Part shown: piece after piece, positions 8,936-17,047 of the stretch
How the letters are laid out: every line of letters starts with the position of its first letter
How positions within the stretch are numbered: the first letter of the stretch is position 1
IMG/VR virus record: IMGVR_UViG_2910013374_000001
Coordinates: 32,001-96,000 of that record
DNA: 64,000 nt
Direction: 5' to 3' (one strand)
From: a virus
Taxonomy: Duplodnaviria; Caudoviricetes
Translations under genes and position numbers: made by a program
Notes under the pieces: generated by a model
The model's input: the letters and a program-made list of their open reading frames with translations, nothing else
The model's database searches: none
Told to the model about the DNA's origin: nothing

Positions 8936-9121
8936 TCAGGAGGCTTTATAGCTGACACCACGGTAGGTGCAAACCTTGGGCTGGGCTCTGAGTGCCGCCG
9001 GAGACTGATGGGCGGTCGTATTGACACCGCGATAGGCGGTCTGACGCAGATGCGCCATCTGTGCATCGCTTAGGCGTTGCTGACGCTGTGCGAAGCGTTG
9101 TGCGTGTGCGAGAGGGGACAT
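8936..9121 (-). CDS. DUF4278-family small protein
   Basis: Two YRGV motifs (AYRGVN, TYRGVSY); GGAGA SD; riboswitch upstream. Confidence 0.8.
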   Translation of the reverse strand: MSPLAHAQRFAQRQQRLSDAQMAHLRQTAYRGVNTTAHQSPAALRAQPKVCTYRGVSYKAS

Positions 9122-9137
9122 GAAGGTCTCCACAGCG

Positions 9138-9195
9138 CCCTGGCCCCCGTTGCGTGGCCTGGATCTGACTGCACCCGACGACTGCCGGGTCAACG
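9138..9195 (-). promoter_or_regulatory. Glutamine-II (Downstream-peptide) riboswitch
   Basis: - strand CGTTG-A-CCCGGC(agtc)GTCGGG-TGCA..TCCAGGCC-ACG-CAACG-GG-GGCCAGGG gives P1, P2 and a 3' pseudoknot; sits upstream of DUF4278 as is typical for this motif. Confidence 0.8.
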
Positions 9196-9279
9196 TGCTT
9201 TCAGTTTACCGGTCTTTGTAGCGGTTGCGACGAACGACGACTGGGAGCCTGTACGAGTTAGAACAACCCCCTCTTTCTC

Positions 9280-9795
9280 ATGCTCAAGAAGACAGCCGCC
9301 GCCGCAATGGCCATCATCACCTTGGCTTTTGCCACGCCCGTCATGGCTTCTGATCCAGACAACGTCAAGGACTTGGCCGCCACGATCTCAGCTACAGGAA
9401 CGCAGTTCCTCAACGAGTGTCCGCCAGGGGCAAAGTTCCAGGGCGTCTACATGCCTGGTCGCCGTGTTCTGGCTGTCTGCGCTGGAGGGAAGGATCCTTC
9501 TGAGTTCAATGCTGAAGAGCAAGACACCCTGCGCCATGAGGGGATTCACCTCGCTCAGGACTGCATGGATCGCAGCTTCAACAGTGAACTGGAGACCACC
9601 CGCAACCTGATCTCTGTGATGGAGATGATGAAGCTCGCTTCCACCACCCTCAACTTCGCTGAGATCGAGCGTGCCTACAGGGAGATGGGCGCTGATGACC
9701 AGATGATCATGCTCGAGTTCGAAGCCTGGTCTGGAGCTGCTCTGCTCACGAATGCGGAGGTTTCTGACCTGATCCGCCGCGTCTGTCGCCTTTAA
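9280..9795 (+). CDS. Putative exported zincin-like metalloprotein
   Basis: Signal-peptide-like N-terminus; LRHEGIHLAQDC (HExxH) and EFEA. Confidence 0.75.
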   Translation: MLKKTAAAAMAIITLAFATPVMASDPDNVKDLAATISATGTQFLNECPPGAKFQGVYMPGRRVLAVCAGGKDPSEFNAEEQDTLRHEGIHLAQDCMDRSFNSELETTRNLISVMEMMKLASTTLNFAEIERAYREMGADDQMIMLEFEAWSGAALLTNAEVSDLIRRVCRL

Positions 9796-9848
9796 GCTGT
9801 TCTAGTTCGAACAGATACAGGCAACCTAAACCAAACAACCCCCGACTC

Positions 9849-10049
9849 ATGGAAGATCTCGTCATCAGAATCTGCTTCAAGTCGGGGTCTGTCTCTGAAG
9901 AGCGCGGGACTGAACTGCAGATCACCGCTCTCTTCGATGACGACGTCAACGGTCTGATCGATTACGTCATGGCCCTGGAGCCCAAAGCTGGTGAGATCGC
10001 TCTCTGGCAGCACGAAGGCGACCCACGCTGGGCCGAGATCGAGTACTGA
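9849..10049 (+). CDS. Small acidic hypothetical protein
   Basis: 66-aa ORF, C/A-rich leader. Confidence 0.7.
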   Translation: MEDLVIRICFKSGSVSEERGTELQITALFDDDVNGLIDYVMALEPKAGEIALWQHEGDPRWAEIEY

Positions 10050-10228
10050 TCACACTTGGAACAGGGCTCGTAGCTTGTTGCACATCGCACAAGCGGCCAT
10101 GCTTGAACTCCTCAAGCTTCTGTTCAGCAAGAAAGGCTTCTCCTGCAGGGTCCTTCCACCCGGCTCCGTCTGGGCATCCAAGTCAAAGGGCAGACAGCTC
10201 GTCGTGATCATCGACCTGGATGAACTCG

Positions 10229-10582
10229 ATGCTTGAGTCCGGAACCTCCTTCTCCTCCCCTGGGGGGAGTTTTTCGTATGTGATCCAGGGGCCTGTTTGC
10301 CGCCTGTACGACCGCGAGGAATTGCCCTGGCCCTCCTGCTCGCTGCAGTGGAAGGGCAAGCAGCCCAGCTGGAACCGGGTCGGCCGCCGCTTCGTTGGTG
10401 ACATCGCTGTCAAGCGCAACCCTTCCTATTCCGTGATTGGTATCGACCGCTCCGGGCACACCTGGGAGCAGGTGATCACGGATTTCACCTACATGAACTC
10501 CATGGCGCATCGCCGCTGGTGGTATGCCGCCTCGCCGCCTCCTGGGAAGAACTATCCGAACTATCCAGGAGACAACGGATGA
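10229..10582 (+). CDS. Conserved hypothetical protein (cyanobacterial type)
   Basis: GPVCRLYDREELPWPSCSLQWKGKQPSW motif. Confidence 0.7.
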   Translation: MLESGTSFSSPGGSFSYVIQGPVCRLYDREELPWPSCSLQWKGKQPSWNRVGRRFVGDIAVKRNPSYSVIGIDRSGHTWEQVITDFTYMNSMAHRRWWYAASPPPGKNYPNYPGDNG

Positions 10583-10800
10583 GCAACCGTGCCCTTTCGG
10601 TGATGCGCTGCTGCGCGTCTGCTTTGGCTTTGATTGCCTATGGGCTGCTCACCCACGGCATGACGACCGCCGGGATCTTCGTGGCCTTGGCCGGCCAGTG
10701 CGCCTTTATCCCCTGGTCGATCCGTAACAAGGTCTGGGACATGGTCGCCCTCGACGCCTTCTACATCGCCATTGGTCTCACTCGCCTGGTGACGCTGTGA
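10579..10800 (+). CDS. Small membrane protein (about 3 TM)
   Basis: ATGA overlap; hydrophobic segments. Confidence 0.7.
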   Translation: MSNRALSVMRCCASALALIAYGLLTHGMTTAGIFVALAGQCAFIPWSIRNKVWDMVALDAFYIAIGLTRLVTL

Positions 10801-11039
10801 TCCGTCTTTACTTCTCCCACGCCACAAGACTGCGCAAGTTCTCCCTGTGGACCGCGATGATCGGTTTTGGCGGGTTCATCGTGGGCGCTGTTGAGTTCGC
10901 TCTCTGGGTGCGAATCCTCACCGAGCTAACCCGCTTGCCGAGCTTCAAAGAAGAGGGCATGACCGACCAGGTCCGCCTCTGTTATGTGGTGCTGATCGGT
11001 TGCGTGATTGGTCTGATTCGGCTGCGCTTCTACCCCTGA
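10797..11039 (+). CDS. Small membrane protein (2 TM)
   Basis: GTGA overlap; two hydrophobic segments. Confidence 0.6.
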   Translation: MIRLYFSHATRLRKFSLWTAMIGFGGFIVGAVEFALWVRILTELTRLPSFKEEGMTDQVRLCYVVLIGCVIGLIRLRFYP

Positions 11040-11041
11040 GC

Positions 11042-11210
11042 TGACGAGCTACTCGTCACTGCACAGCTAGTCGTCAGTGAAGAGCTACTCGTCACTGGGT
11101 GACGACCTAGTCGTCATCTAGATGAAGAGCTACTCGTCATCAAGGTGAAGAGCTACTCGTCAACATATAAGAAGGTTTATAAGAAGCTCTTTAAGAAGAA
11201 GAAGAAGAAC
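11042..11210. repeat. Six 17-bp quasi-palindromic iterons plus an A/T-rich tract; candidate replication origin
   Basis: TGA(C/A)GAGCTACTCGTCA-type units at 11042, 11060, 11078, 11100, 11123, 11146, then ACATATAAGAAGGTTTATAAG... Confidence 0.75.
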
Positions 11211-11252
11211 CTCACTTCGTTCGGCAACCTCCTCCGCGTCTCCCTTCAAAGC

Positions 11253-11567
11253 GTGGACAAGCCACTCACTGATCACCAAGTCAAGCTCCTCAAAATCATC
11301 GACCACGTCAGATGGGATGAGAACGATGAGCTGGACGCTTTCGGATACCACCAAGTGCGTCGGGCGATTGGCCAAGGCGACTTCGTCATCGAGTTCGAGC
11401 TGAAGCAGGCCGTGGACCATCAGGAGTCGTTCTCAGGCCAAGGCTTTCCAACTCCACCGCCGGGTGAGGCTCGCTCTCCATGGATCGACACCTGGAATGT
11501 GCCCCTGGATCAGTACCGGCGGATCAGCACTGCCATCGACCTGTCTGGCTTCGAACCGGGCTCGTAG
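11253..11567 (+). CDS. Hypothetical protein
   Basis: Likely GTG start (VDKPLTDHQ) inside ORF 11145..11567, whose N-terminus is only translated repeat DNA. Confidence 0.6.
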   Translation: MDKPLTDHQVKLLKIIDHVRWDENDELDAFGYHQVRRAIGQGDFVIEFELKQAVDHQESFSGQGFPTPPPGEARSPWIDTWNVPLDQYRRISTAIDLSGFEPGS

Positions 11568-11790
11568 CTTGTCCTGTTCCGTACAGCTTGAACATGTTTA
11601 CGGCAAGACCCCGTCCGGTTGATCGCCTCACGGTGACCGACACCGCCTTCGTCCTCAATCTCGGCTTCTTCGCTCTGGTTGGCTTCAACACGATCCACCA
11701 CACCGATGGGCACATCACCTGGGGCGCAACCTGGGCCATGCTTGATCTCGGCTTCGTGCGCACCGCTGGATTCATCGGGGGGACAGGCCA

Positions 11791-12030
11791 GTGATCACCC
11801 GCTTCTATCTCGCCCTTGCGGCGAGCATGGCCGGCATTGGCTTGTGCTTCTACCTCGCGCCAGCTCAGCAGTGGCCCGTCACCCGCAGCGGCCTCGATTG
11901 CTCGGAGATCGGCGAGGTTCTGTCCGAGGTTCCGCCTGAACTTCGTATGCCGCTCGCTGACATCGAGGCGATCATCGAGCGCTGCAGGAATTCTGAGATG
12001 TCTCAGGCAATGCTCACTCGAACAGCTTGA
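11791..12030 (+). CDS. Small protein with N-terminal membrane anchor
   Basis: 79-aa ORF, hydrophobic N-terminus, Cys pair. Confidence 0.55.
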   Translation: MITRFYLALAASMAGIGLCFYLAPAQQWPVTRSGLDCSEIGEVLSEVPPELRMPLADIEAIIERCRNSEMSQAMLTRTA

Positions 12031-12055
12031 CATCAAGTCTTCGCTGAGCGACTCT
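12001..12055 (+). promoter_or_regulatory. Degenerate early promoter
   Basis: TCTCAG-5-GCTCAC-9-TTGACA-17-GACTCT followed by TAAGGAGTC, as at 1753. Confidence 0.5.
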
Positions 12056-12378
12056 TAAGGAGTCGAGCCCGAACCGGCTTTTTTTAAGCCTCCACCTTGT
12101 TCTAGTTCTTACCATGACCGCTACTTCACGCGAACTGCGCATCATCGAACTCACGAAGGAAGCTCAGATGCACAGCGATATGGGCAACAAATTCGGCATG
12201 TACGCGTGCCTCCGCGAGATCACATCTCTGCGCCAGCCATGACCTACTCCGTCACCTTCATGACCAAGCAGGGAGCCAGTCGCACCGAACACGTCAAGGC
12301 CGACTCGCTCTTCCTCGCCGTCCAGACCTGTCAGCACACCGACCAGGTCGCAAAAGTCCTCCGCATCGTTGAAGTCCA

Positions 12379-12651
12379 ATGATCGATCTCACCCAACACT
12401 CCGACGTCCACGTCCTGTTCCTCGAGACCACCGAGGCAGACCTCAAGGCCAAAGACAAGAGCCTCCCGAGTGACACCCATTTGGTGCGCTACATCAAAGA
12501 GGGCATCGAGCAGATCAGCGCCCTGCGGGCCTACAAGAGCGTCGACATCTTCGACGCCCTGCACGACAACGGCTGCGAAGTGCTCGAGATTCGCCGCGGG
12601 TTCGGGACCATCAGGCCGAATCTGTACGGCTTCGTGAAGACGGAGGGCTGA
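12379..12651 (+). CDS. Conserved cyanophage-type hypothetical protein
   Basis: DKSLPSDTHLVRY...VDIFDALHD...GFGTIRPNLY. Confidence 0.8.
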   Translation: MIDLTQHSDVHVLFLETTEADLKAKDKSLPSDTHLVRYIKEGIEQISALRAYKSVDIFDALHDNGCEVLEIRRGFGTIRPNLYGFVKTEG

Positions 12652-12654
12652 TCT

Positions 12655-12921
12655 ATGGCTCAGTCATCAGCCGAGAAGCGCGACCGCTTCGCCCGGATGT
12701 TCCCGCCACGTGCCCAGAAGCTTGTCGATCAGTTCCGCCTTCTGGAGAACTGCACGAGCAAGTCCAACTACGAGTGGACCGAGGACACGGTGAAGCGGGC
12801 CTGGATTGAGATCGCTAAGGCGTTGCAGACCACTGCCAAGGCCTACGACCTGGAACTGGACGTCAGCCTCAATGGCGACGAGGTCCAATTCATCGACACC
12901 AGCAAACCCCTGCCCGAGTAA
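12655..12921 (+). CDS. Conserved hypothetical helical protein
   Basis: KRDRFARM..R...LENC...SNYEW motif. Confidence 0.8.
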   Translation: MAQSSAEKRDRFARMFPPRAQKLVDQFRLLENCTSKSNYEWTEDTVKRAWIEIAKALQTTAKAYDLELDVSLNGDEVQFIDTSKPLPE

Positions 12922-13130
12922 GCCATGACCGAATTCACCACTGATCCCTACGGACCCGAGAACGTCGCCACCCTCCTCGCTGCCATGAAGCGTGTCCGGG
13001 AGCTCCGCAAGGCTGGGAGAGACCCAGAAGCCGGTGAGGTCGTCAAGCAGCACTGGCCGCACCTGTACTCCCACTTCTTCGAAGGGGAAGCACGCAGGGC
13101 TTGAGTTTGCCCTTACTCAGGAAATTCTCA

Positions 13131-13180
13131 GGGGCCTCGGCCCCTTTTTTGTTGACACCACGTCCCCCAGGATCCATGCT
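13131..13180 (+). promoter_or_regulatory. Terminator followed immediately by an early promoter
   Basis: GGGGC-CTCG-GCCCC-T6, then TTGACA(13152)-CCACGTCC..-CATGCT; TCTCAG boxes lie upstream of the hairpin. Confidence 0.75.
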
Positions 13181-13203
13181 TAACGAGTCACCGAGAGAAC
13201 GAC

Positions 13204-13473
13204 ATGCAACGCCAACTCCGCACCCCTGAAGAAGTCGCCGCTTTCAAGGCCGCCAACCTCGCAGCAAACGCCCGCAACAAGCAGGTGGTCGTGATCAAGG
13301 CCGAGAGGCCAGCACCTCGCCCGACCCAGCGCCAGCAGTTCGCAGCTGACCTGCGCGAGACCGAGGACATGATCCGCGCCGCTAAGCGCCAAGGCCTTCT
13401 GCAGGCCATCCCCGCCCTGATCGGCCGCCACAACACACTGACCGCCTTGGTCAATAACGCCGCGCTGACCTGA
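13204..13473 (+). CDS. Basic hypothetical protein
   Basis: 89-aa ORF behind promoter. Confidence 0.7.
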   Translation: MQRQLRTPEEVAAFKAANLAANARNKQVVVIKAERPAPRPTQRQQFAADLRETEDMIRAAKRQGLLQAIPALIGRHNTLTALVNNAALT

Positions 13474-13474
13474 G

Positions 13475-13876
13475 ATGTCACGCGGAGGACGCGTAGCTGG
13501 GGGCGCTTTCCCCGGCCCCTCGATCGGGTGCTTGCCAGCACTCCTGCCATTCATCGGGATGGCACTGGTCCTTGCAGCGGCAAGGCCTCTGGCGCAACAG
13601 ACGCCCGCTCCTGCGCCTGCAGCTCCGCTGGTTCAGGTCAACCTCGGGCCTGTGATCGAGAACGTGAACATCTACGTGAAAGAGGGAACGCCTCAGTGGG
13701 TGATCGAGGAAGAGCTGAGGAATCTGGGCCGAGCAAAGGCTCACTCGCCCGCCTCCCCCATGGCTGCCCGCACCCGCGCTGGTCGCACCACTCACCTCAA
13801 GACGCCGGCGATGTATTTCAGCGACTGCGAGGACGATCCAGTGCTGATGCCGCTCAAGGAGTGGAGGGAACGCTAG
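13475..13876 (+). CDS. Hypothetical protein (start uncertain)
   Basis: 133-aa ORF with hydrophobic segment and Pro/Ala linker. Confidence 0.5.
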   Translation: MSRGGRVAGGAFPGPSIGCLPALLPFIGMALVLAAARPLAQQTPAPAPAAPLVQVNLGPVIENVNIYVKEGTPQWVIEEELRNLGRAKAHSPASPMAARTRAGRTTHLKTPAMYFSDCEDDPVLMPLKEWRER

Positions 13877-14206
13877 GGCGACTGGTAGCTGTGTCTTGTT
13901 CGAGTTCGTACTATGACCGTTTTCTCTCCCGGCCCGTTCAAGGGTCACCAGCGCAAGCATTCACCCCTCGTCGACGCCGCAACGCTCAAGGCCCGCCTCG
14001 ACGAACAGGTTCGCCAATTCCGCCAGGGAGCCGAGCAGTGAGCCGCGCCTCTGATCGATTGGCGCTACTGGATCTCGCCATCGAGGCCGCAGACACTGAC
14101 GAGCTGAAACACCAGCTGATCGGTGAACGGGCTGCGCTGGCTGAGGCCTATAGGACGCCCACTCAATGACACATGCGCGACCCGGTTTTCGAGCCGGGTT
14201 TCGTTT

Positions 14207-14261
14207 TCTCAGGCAACTCTCAGTTCCGAATGTTGACACCACGTCCATCTGGGGCCATAGT
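14207..14261 (+). promoter_or_regulatory. Early sigma70-like promoter with phased TCTCAG boxes
   Basis: TCTCAG-5-TCTCAG-9-TTGACA(14233)-CCACGTCC..-CATAGT. Confidence 0.75.
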
Positions 14262-14310
14262 TGGCACAGATCGGTCGAGCAACTCTTCGGCTCCCGCTCT
14301 CACAGAACTG

Positions 14311-14655
14311 ATGAACACCACCACCACTCACCCCATCGATCACGCCATCGTCGCTTTCCTGTTCCTGCTTGAAGGCATCGCCTGGATCATCAACGAGGCC
14401 GCTGGCTTCCACGCCCCCTTAACCGCGGAAACTGCTGAGCCCGAGCTCATCGATCCCCGCGACGTCTACGCCATCGAGGCACCCGTCCACGAGCCCACCA
14501 TCACTGAGATGCCTGACTTCGCCGAGTACGTCGAGTTCATGGCTCCCTTCGACCTCGCCAAGCTCAAGGTCACCGAACTCCGCAAGCGGGCCCGAGGCCT
14601 CGCCAAGGGCGTCCACCTGATGCGCAAAGAGGAACTCCTGCAGGTGCTCGCATGA
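14311..14655 (+). CDS. Protein with N-terminal hydrophobic helix and C-terminal Rho-N-like domain
   Basis: LAKLKVTELRKRAR...MRKEELLQVL. Confidence 0.7.
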   Translation: MNTTTTHPIDHAIVAFLFLLEGIAWIINEAAGFHAPLTAETAEPELIDPRDVYAIEAPVHEPTITEMPDFAEYVEFMAPFDLAKLKVTELRKRARGLAKGVHLMRKEELLQVLA

Positions 14656-14882
14656 CCTACTCCTGCATCTTCAGGAACGGAGACGCCCGCAAGGGCCTCC
14701 TGTTCGACCAGGCCTGGGCTCTGTTCATGGCCTACCGCTTCACCACCAATCCCTGCACCCTCTCCGTGGAGATGAACTGATGGAACTGATCCTTGTCCCT
14801 GTCATTCTTCTTGCCTTGCCCTGCCTGATCATCGAGGGCTTCGGCAACTGAGCGGAATCCTGGGGGAGCCGCCTCCCCCTCC

Positions 14883-15128
14883 TTGACCACTAGAGAACTC
14901 GCCCTGGGCGTCGTGATCGCTGGCCTCTTCATCGGGGTCAGCGGTTCGTATTACAGGGCCGCTGCCTGCGGGACCGAGAAGATCTGCGACGAGTACTGGA
15001 ACGCAGCTGGACTGGCCACCAGCGGAGCCGTGGGCATGGGCTGGGCCTGGCTGACCAAGGCACCGGGCGACGACACGCCCACCAAACCGACACCGCGCCG
15101 GACCACCCGAGTGAAGAACCCGGACTGA
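14883..15128 (+). CDS. Small 2-TM membrane protein
   Basis: TTG start 30 nt after CGGAATCCT (14853); two hydrophobic helices around a Cys pair; basic tail. Confidence 0.65.
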   Translation: MTTRELALGVVIAGLFIGVSGSYYRAAACGTEKICDEYWNAAGLATSGAVGMGWAWLTKAPGDDTPTKPTPRRTTRVKNPD

Positions 15129-15222
15129 CATCACGTCCGCCGTGTGCGATCTACAGGAGGGCCAGGAAGGCCCCTCCGCCCTGTTCTGGGTCAGATCCTG
15201 CAGTCTCCTGATTAGGCGTCCC

Positions 15223-15531
15223 TCAGGGAGCCTCTTCGTCGAAGGCGCGATGTCTCGCTCTTAGCTCGCCGCCTAGAGGCGTTTCGCCTTCTGGTGTCTC
15301 GCTACGGGTCCAAGGGTCGTCATCAACCCACTTGGCCTTGATCGCTTCGATCTGTTCGTCGAGACCGGCCATTGTCTTGGCCGTTTTGTACTCCACCCAA
15401 GACGAGAACCAGTTGTCGTGGATCATCTGGGCGATTCGGTGGGTCCTAGAGAGAAGGCCCCGGTCCCAGAGCCGACGAATCAGCTCAACGACCAGGGCCT
15501 GGAGGACCACCGTGGTGGTCAAGGATTTCAC
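15223..15531 (-). CDS. Hypothetical protein co-transcribed with the holin-like gene
   Basis: GTGA overlap with 15528..15668. Confidence 0.65.
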   Translation of the reverse strand: MKSLTTTVVLQALVVELIRRLWDRGLLSRTHRIAQMIHDNWFSSWVEYKTAKTMAGLDEQIEAIKAKWVDDDPWTRSETPEGETPLGGELRARHRAFDEEAP

Positions 15532-15668
15532 TTCTTCGGCGCGTAAGGGAAGACACCGCGCAGGACTTCGATGATTTCTTGCACCACACCGTTGCCCTTC
15601 AGCGGGGTGTAGGGAAGAACCTCAGAAACAACAAGCAGAACGAGAGCTGCGACCGTGACGAATTCCAT
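15528..15668 (-). CDS. 46-aa holin-like membrane protein (not in ORF track)
   Basis: MEFVTVAALVLLVVSEVLPYTPLKGNGVVQEIIEVLRGVFPYAPKK; CGGAACCCT 32 nt upstream on - strand. Confidence 0.7.
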   Translation of the reverse strand: MEFVTVAALVLLVVSEVLPYTPLKGNGVVQEIIEVLRGVFPYAPKK

Positions 15669-15691
15669 GGATGAGTGATGTGAACTGCCGC

Positions 15692-15707
15692 AGGGTTCCG
15701 GAAGGCT
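15692..15707. promoter_or_regulatory. Back-to-back overlapping CGGAA motifs (divergent late promoters)
   Basis: AGGGTTCCGGAAGGCT; starts at 15668 (-) and 15728 (+). Confidence 0.7.
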
Positions 15708-15727
15708 CAGCCGTTCGCACTTGGTTC

Positions 15728-15910
15728 ATGTCTCTGCTTGAAGCGCATCAGATCCTGTTCAAAGGCCAGTCGAATGTGCGCCTGATGGCGACAGAAGTCG
15801 GATGCACGCTTGAAGAGCTGCAGCAGTCGTTCCGCGCTTACGTGGCCATGAATCCGATCTCCGATGACGCATGGGAGAAAGATGTCGAGCTGTCCTGGCC
15901 CTGGGCTTGA
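15728..15910 (+). CDS. Small hypothetical protein, possible HTH
   Basis: NVRLMATEVGCTLEELQQSF. Confidence 0.65.
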   Translation: MSLLEAHQILFKGQSNVRLMATEVGCTLEELQQSFRAYVAMNPISDDAWEKDVELSWPWA

Positions 15911-15911
15911 T

Positions 15912-15966
15912 TCTCAGCCGATTCTAAGTCGCACTGATTGACACCACGGCCAGCCAGGACCATGAT
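15912..15966 (+). promoter_or_regulatory. Early sigma70-like promoter with phased boxes
   Basis: TCTCAG-5-TCTAAG-9-TTGACA(15938)-CCACGGCC..-CATGAT. Confidence 0.7.
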
Positions 15967-15992
15967 GGAGGCATCGAGATCGCAGCAACCCG

Positions 15993-16337
15993 ATGACCAC
16001 CACCACCCACAAGCTCACCAACGGCGAGGGCAACTGGCTCTTCCGCATCTCCGGCGACGTCGCCACCGTGATCCAGGTCTTGCCCTGGGGCGTCACCAAG
16101 ATCGAAGACAAGATCAGCACTGCCGCTCAGGCCCGCAAGTTCTGGGCTACCGCTAAGAAGTACGGCTGCACCGAGGGTTGGACCGAACTGATGAAGTTCC
16201 GCAAGCTCACCACCTGGGAGCAGGTCGACACCTACATCGCAGCCAACTACAACATGGCCGCCGACAACGATCCCGAGGCAGCCCTGGCACTCGAGGACGA
16301 GTTCCGTGGCTGCGGTTGTTTGAACGTGGCCGCATGA
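15993..16337 (+). CDS. Hypothetical protein
   Basis: 114-aa ORF behind promoter. Confidence 0.75.
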   Translation: MTTTTHKLTNGEGNWLFRISGDVATVIQVLPWGVTKIEDKISTAAQARKFWATAKKYGCTEGWTELMKFRKLTTWEQVDTYIAANYNMAADNDPEAALALEDEFRGCGCLNVAA

Positions 16338-16485
16338 AATACATCTGGACTGGCCTGGGCATCGCGATCGGCGTTGCCCTTTGGCCAATCGTTCTACCTG
16401 TCTTCATTCTCACCCTGATCTTTGTTTGTATTTCTGACGCCCAGAAAAAGCCCAAGCCACCCACCAAGCCAACCCGTAAAGATCC

Positions 16486-16692
16486 ATGACCCAACTCACT
16501 CCTCGCCCCACCTACACCGCCCCGGCTCGTCCAAAGCGTGTCTCTCTCAAGCCTTTCATCGTTCACTACACCACCCGAGCTGGCTTCCGCGCCTCGTGGA
16601 CCCTTTCGGCTCCGACGCAATGCGCAGCGCGTTTTGCCTTCCAGGAGTTGCTTCCCACAGGCCGGATCAACCTGATCTCTCTCCAGATGTAA
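16486..16692 (+). CDS. Small hypothetical protein
   Basis: ATGA overlap; 68 aa. Confidence 0.6.
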   Translation: MTQLTPRPTYTAPARPKRVSLKPFIVHYTTRAGFRASWTLSAPTQCAARFAFQELLPTGRINLISLQM

Positions 16693-16737
16693 TGGTTCGA
16701 ATCACGACCGGTAGCCTGTGCCATTGACTGCACCTCG

Positions 16738-16947
16738 ATGGCCCTTCCCTCCTTAGATCCTGGCCATCTCCTCCTCTGTTGTCTGGCTGTCGCTGTGAAG
16801 AGACGCGATCCCGTCCTTGTCAGCCAGATTGCCGAGAAAGCCGACAAGACTCTCCCCCAGTCTCAGCTCAAGCGAGCGTTCGGACGACTCAAGGGGTTTG
16901 GCATGTCAACCGACGACCTCCTCTGGCTGGCTTCCCTCGAGGAGTGA
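16738..16947 (+). CDS. Small hypothetical protein
   Basis: 69-aa ORF. Confidence 0.55.
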   Translation: MALPSLDPGHLLLCCLAVAVKRRDPVLVSQIAEKADKTLPQSQLKRAFGRLKGFGMSTDDLLWLASLEE

Positions 16948-16952
16948 GCCCC

Positions 16953-17013
16953 AACCTTTGGTTCCGCCTGCGTTTCGTATAGGGGCGCAGATCTTGTCTT
17001 TGAGAGGACCTCG
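16953..17013 (-). repeat. Dispersed 61-bp element, copy 2
   Basis: Reverse complement of the 28-bp core at 16986-17013 plus 33-bp extension. Confidence 0.9.
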
Positions 17014-17047
17014 GCCGGAAACCTTGAGGCAGCTCTCGTCGTCACCT

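Noticed and set aside
8952-9035. CTGACACCACGG and TTGACACCGCG as early promoters
   Set aside because: They are the reverse complement of the YRGV codons of DUF4278; no -10 or upstream boxes
11042-11162. CRISPR array
   Set aside because: Units are 17 bp with only 1-6 nt between them; no unique spacers and no cas genes
11145-11252. Lys-rich N-terminus of ORF 11145..11567
   Set aside because: It is only the translation of the last iteron and the A-rich tract; GTG at 11253 is a more plausible start
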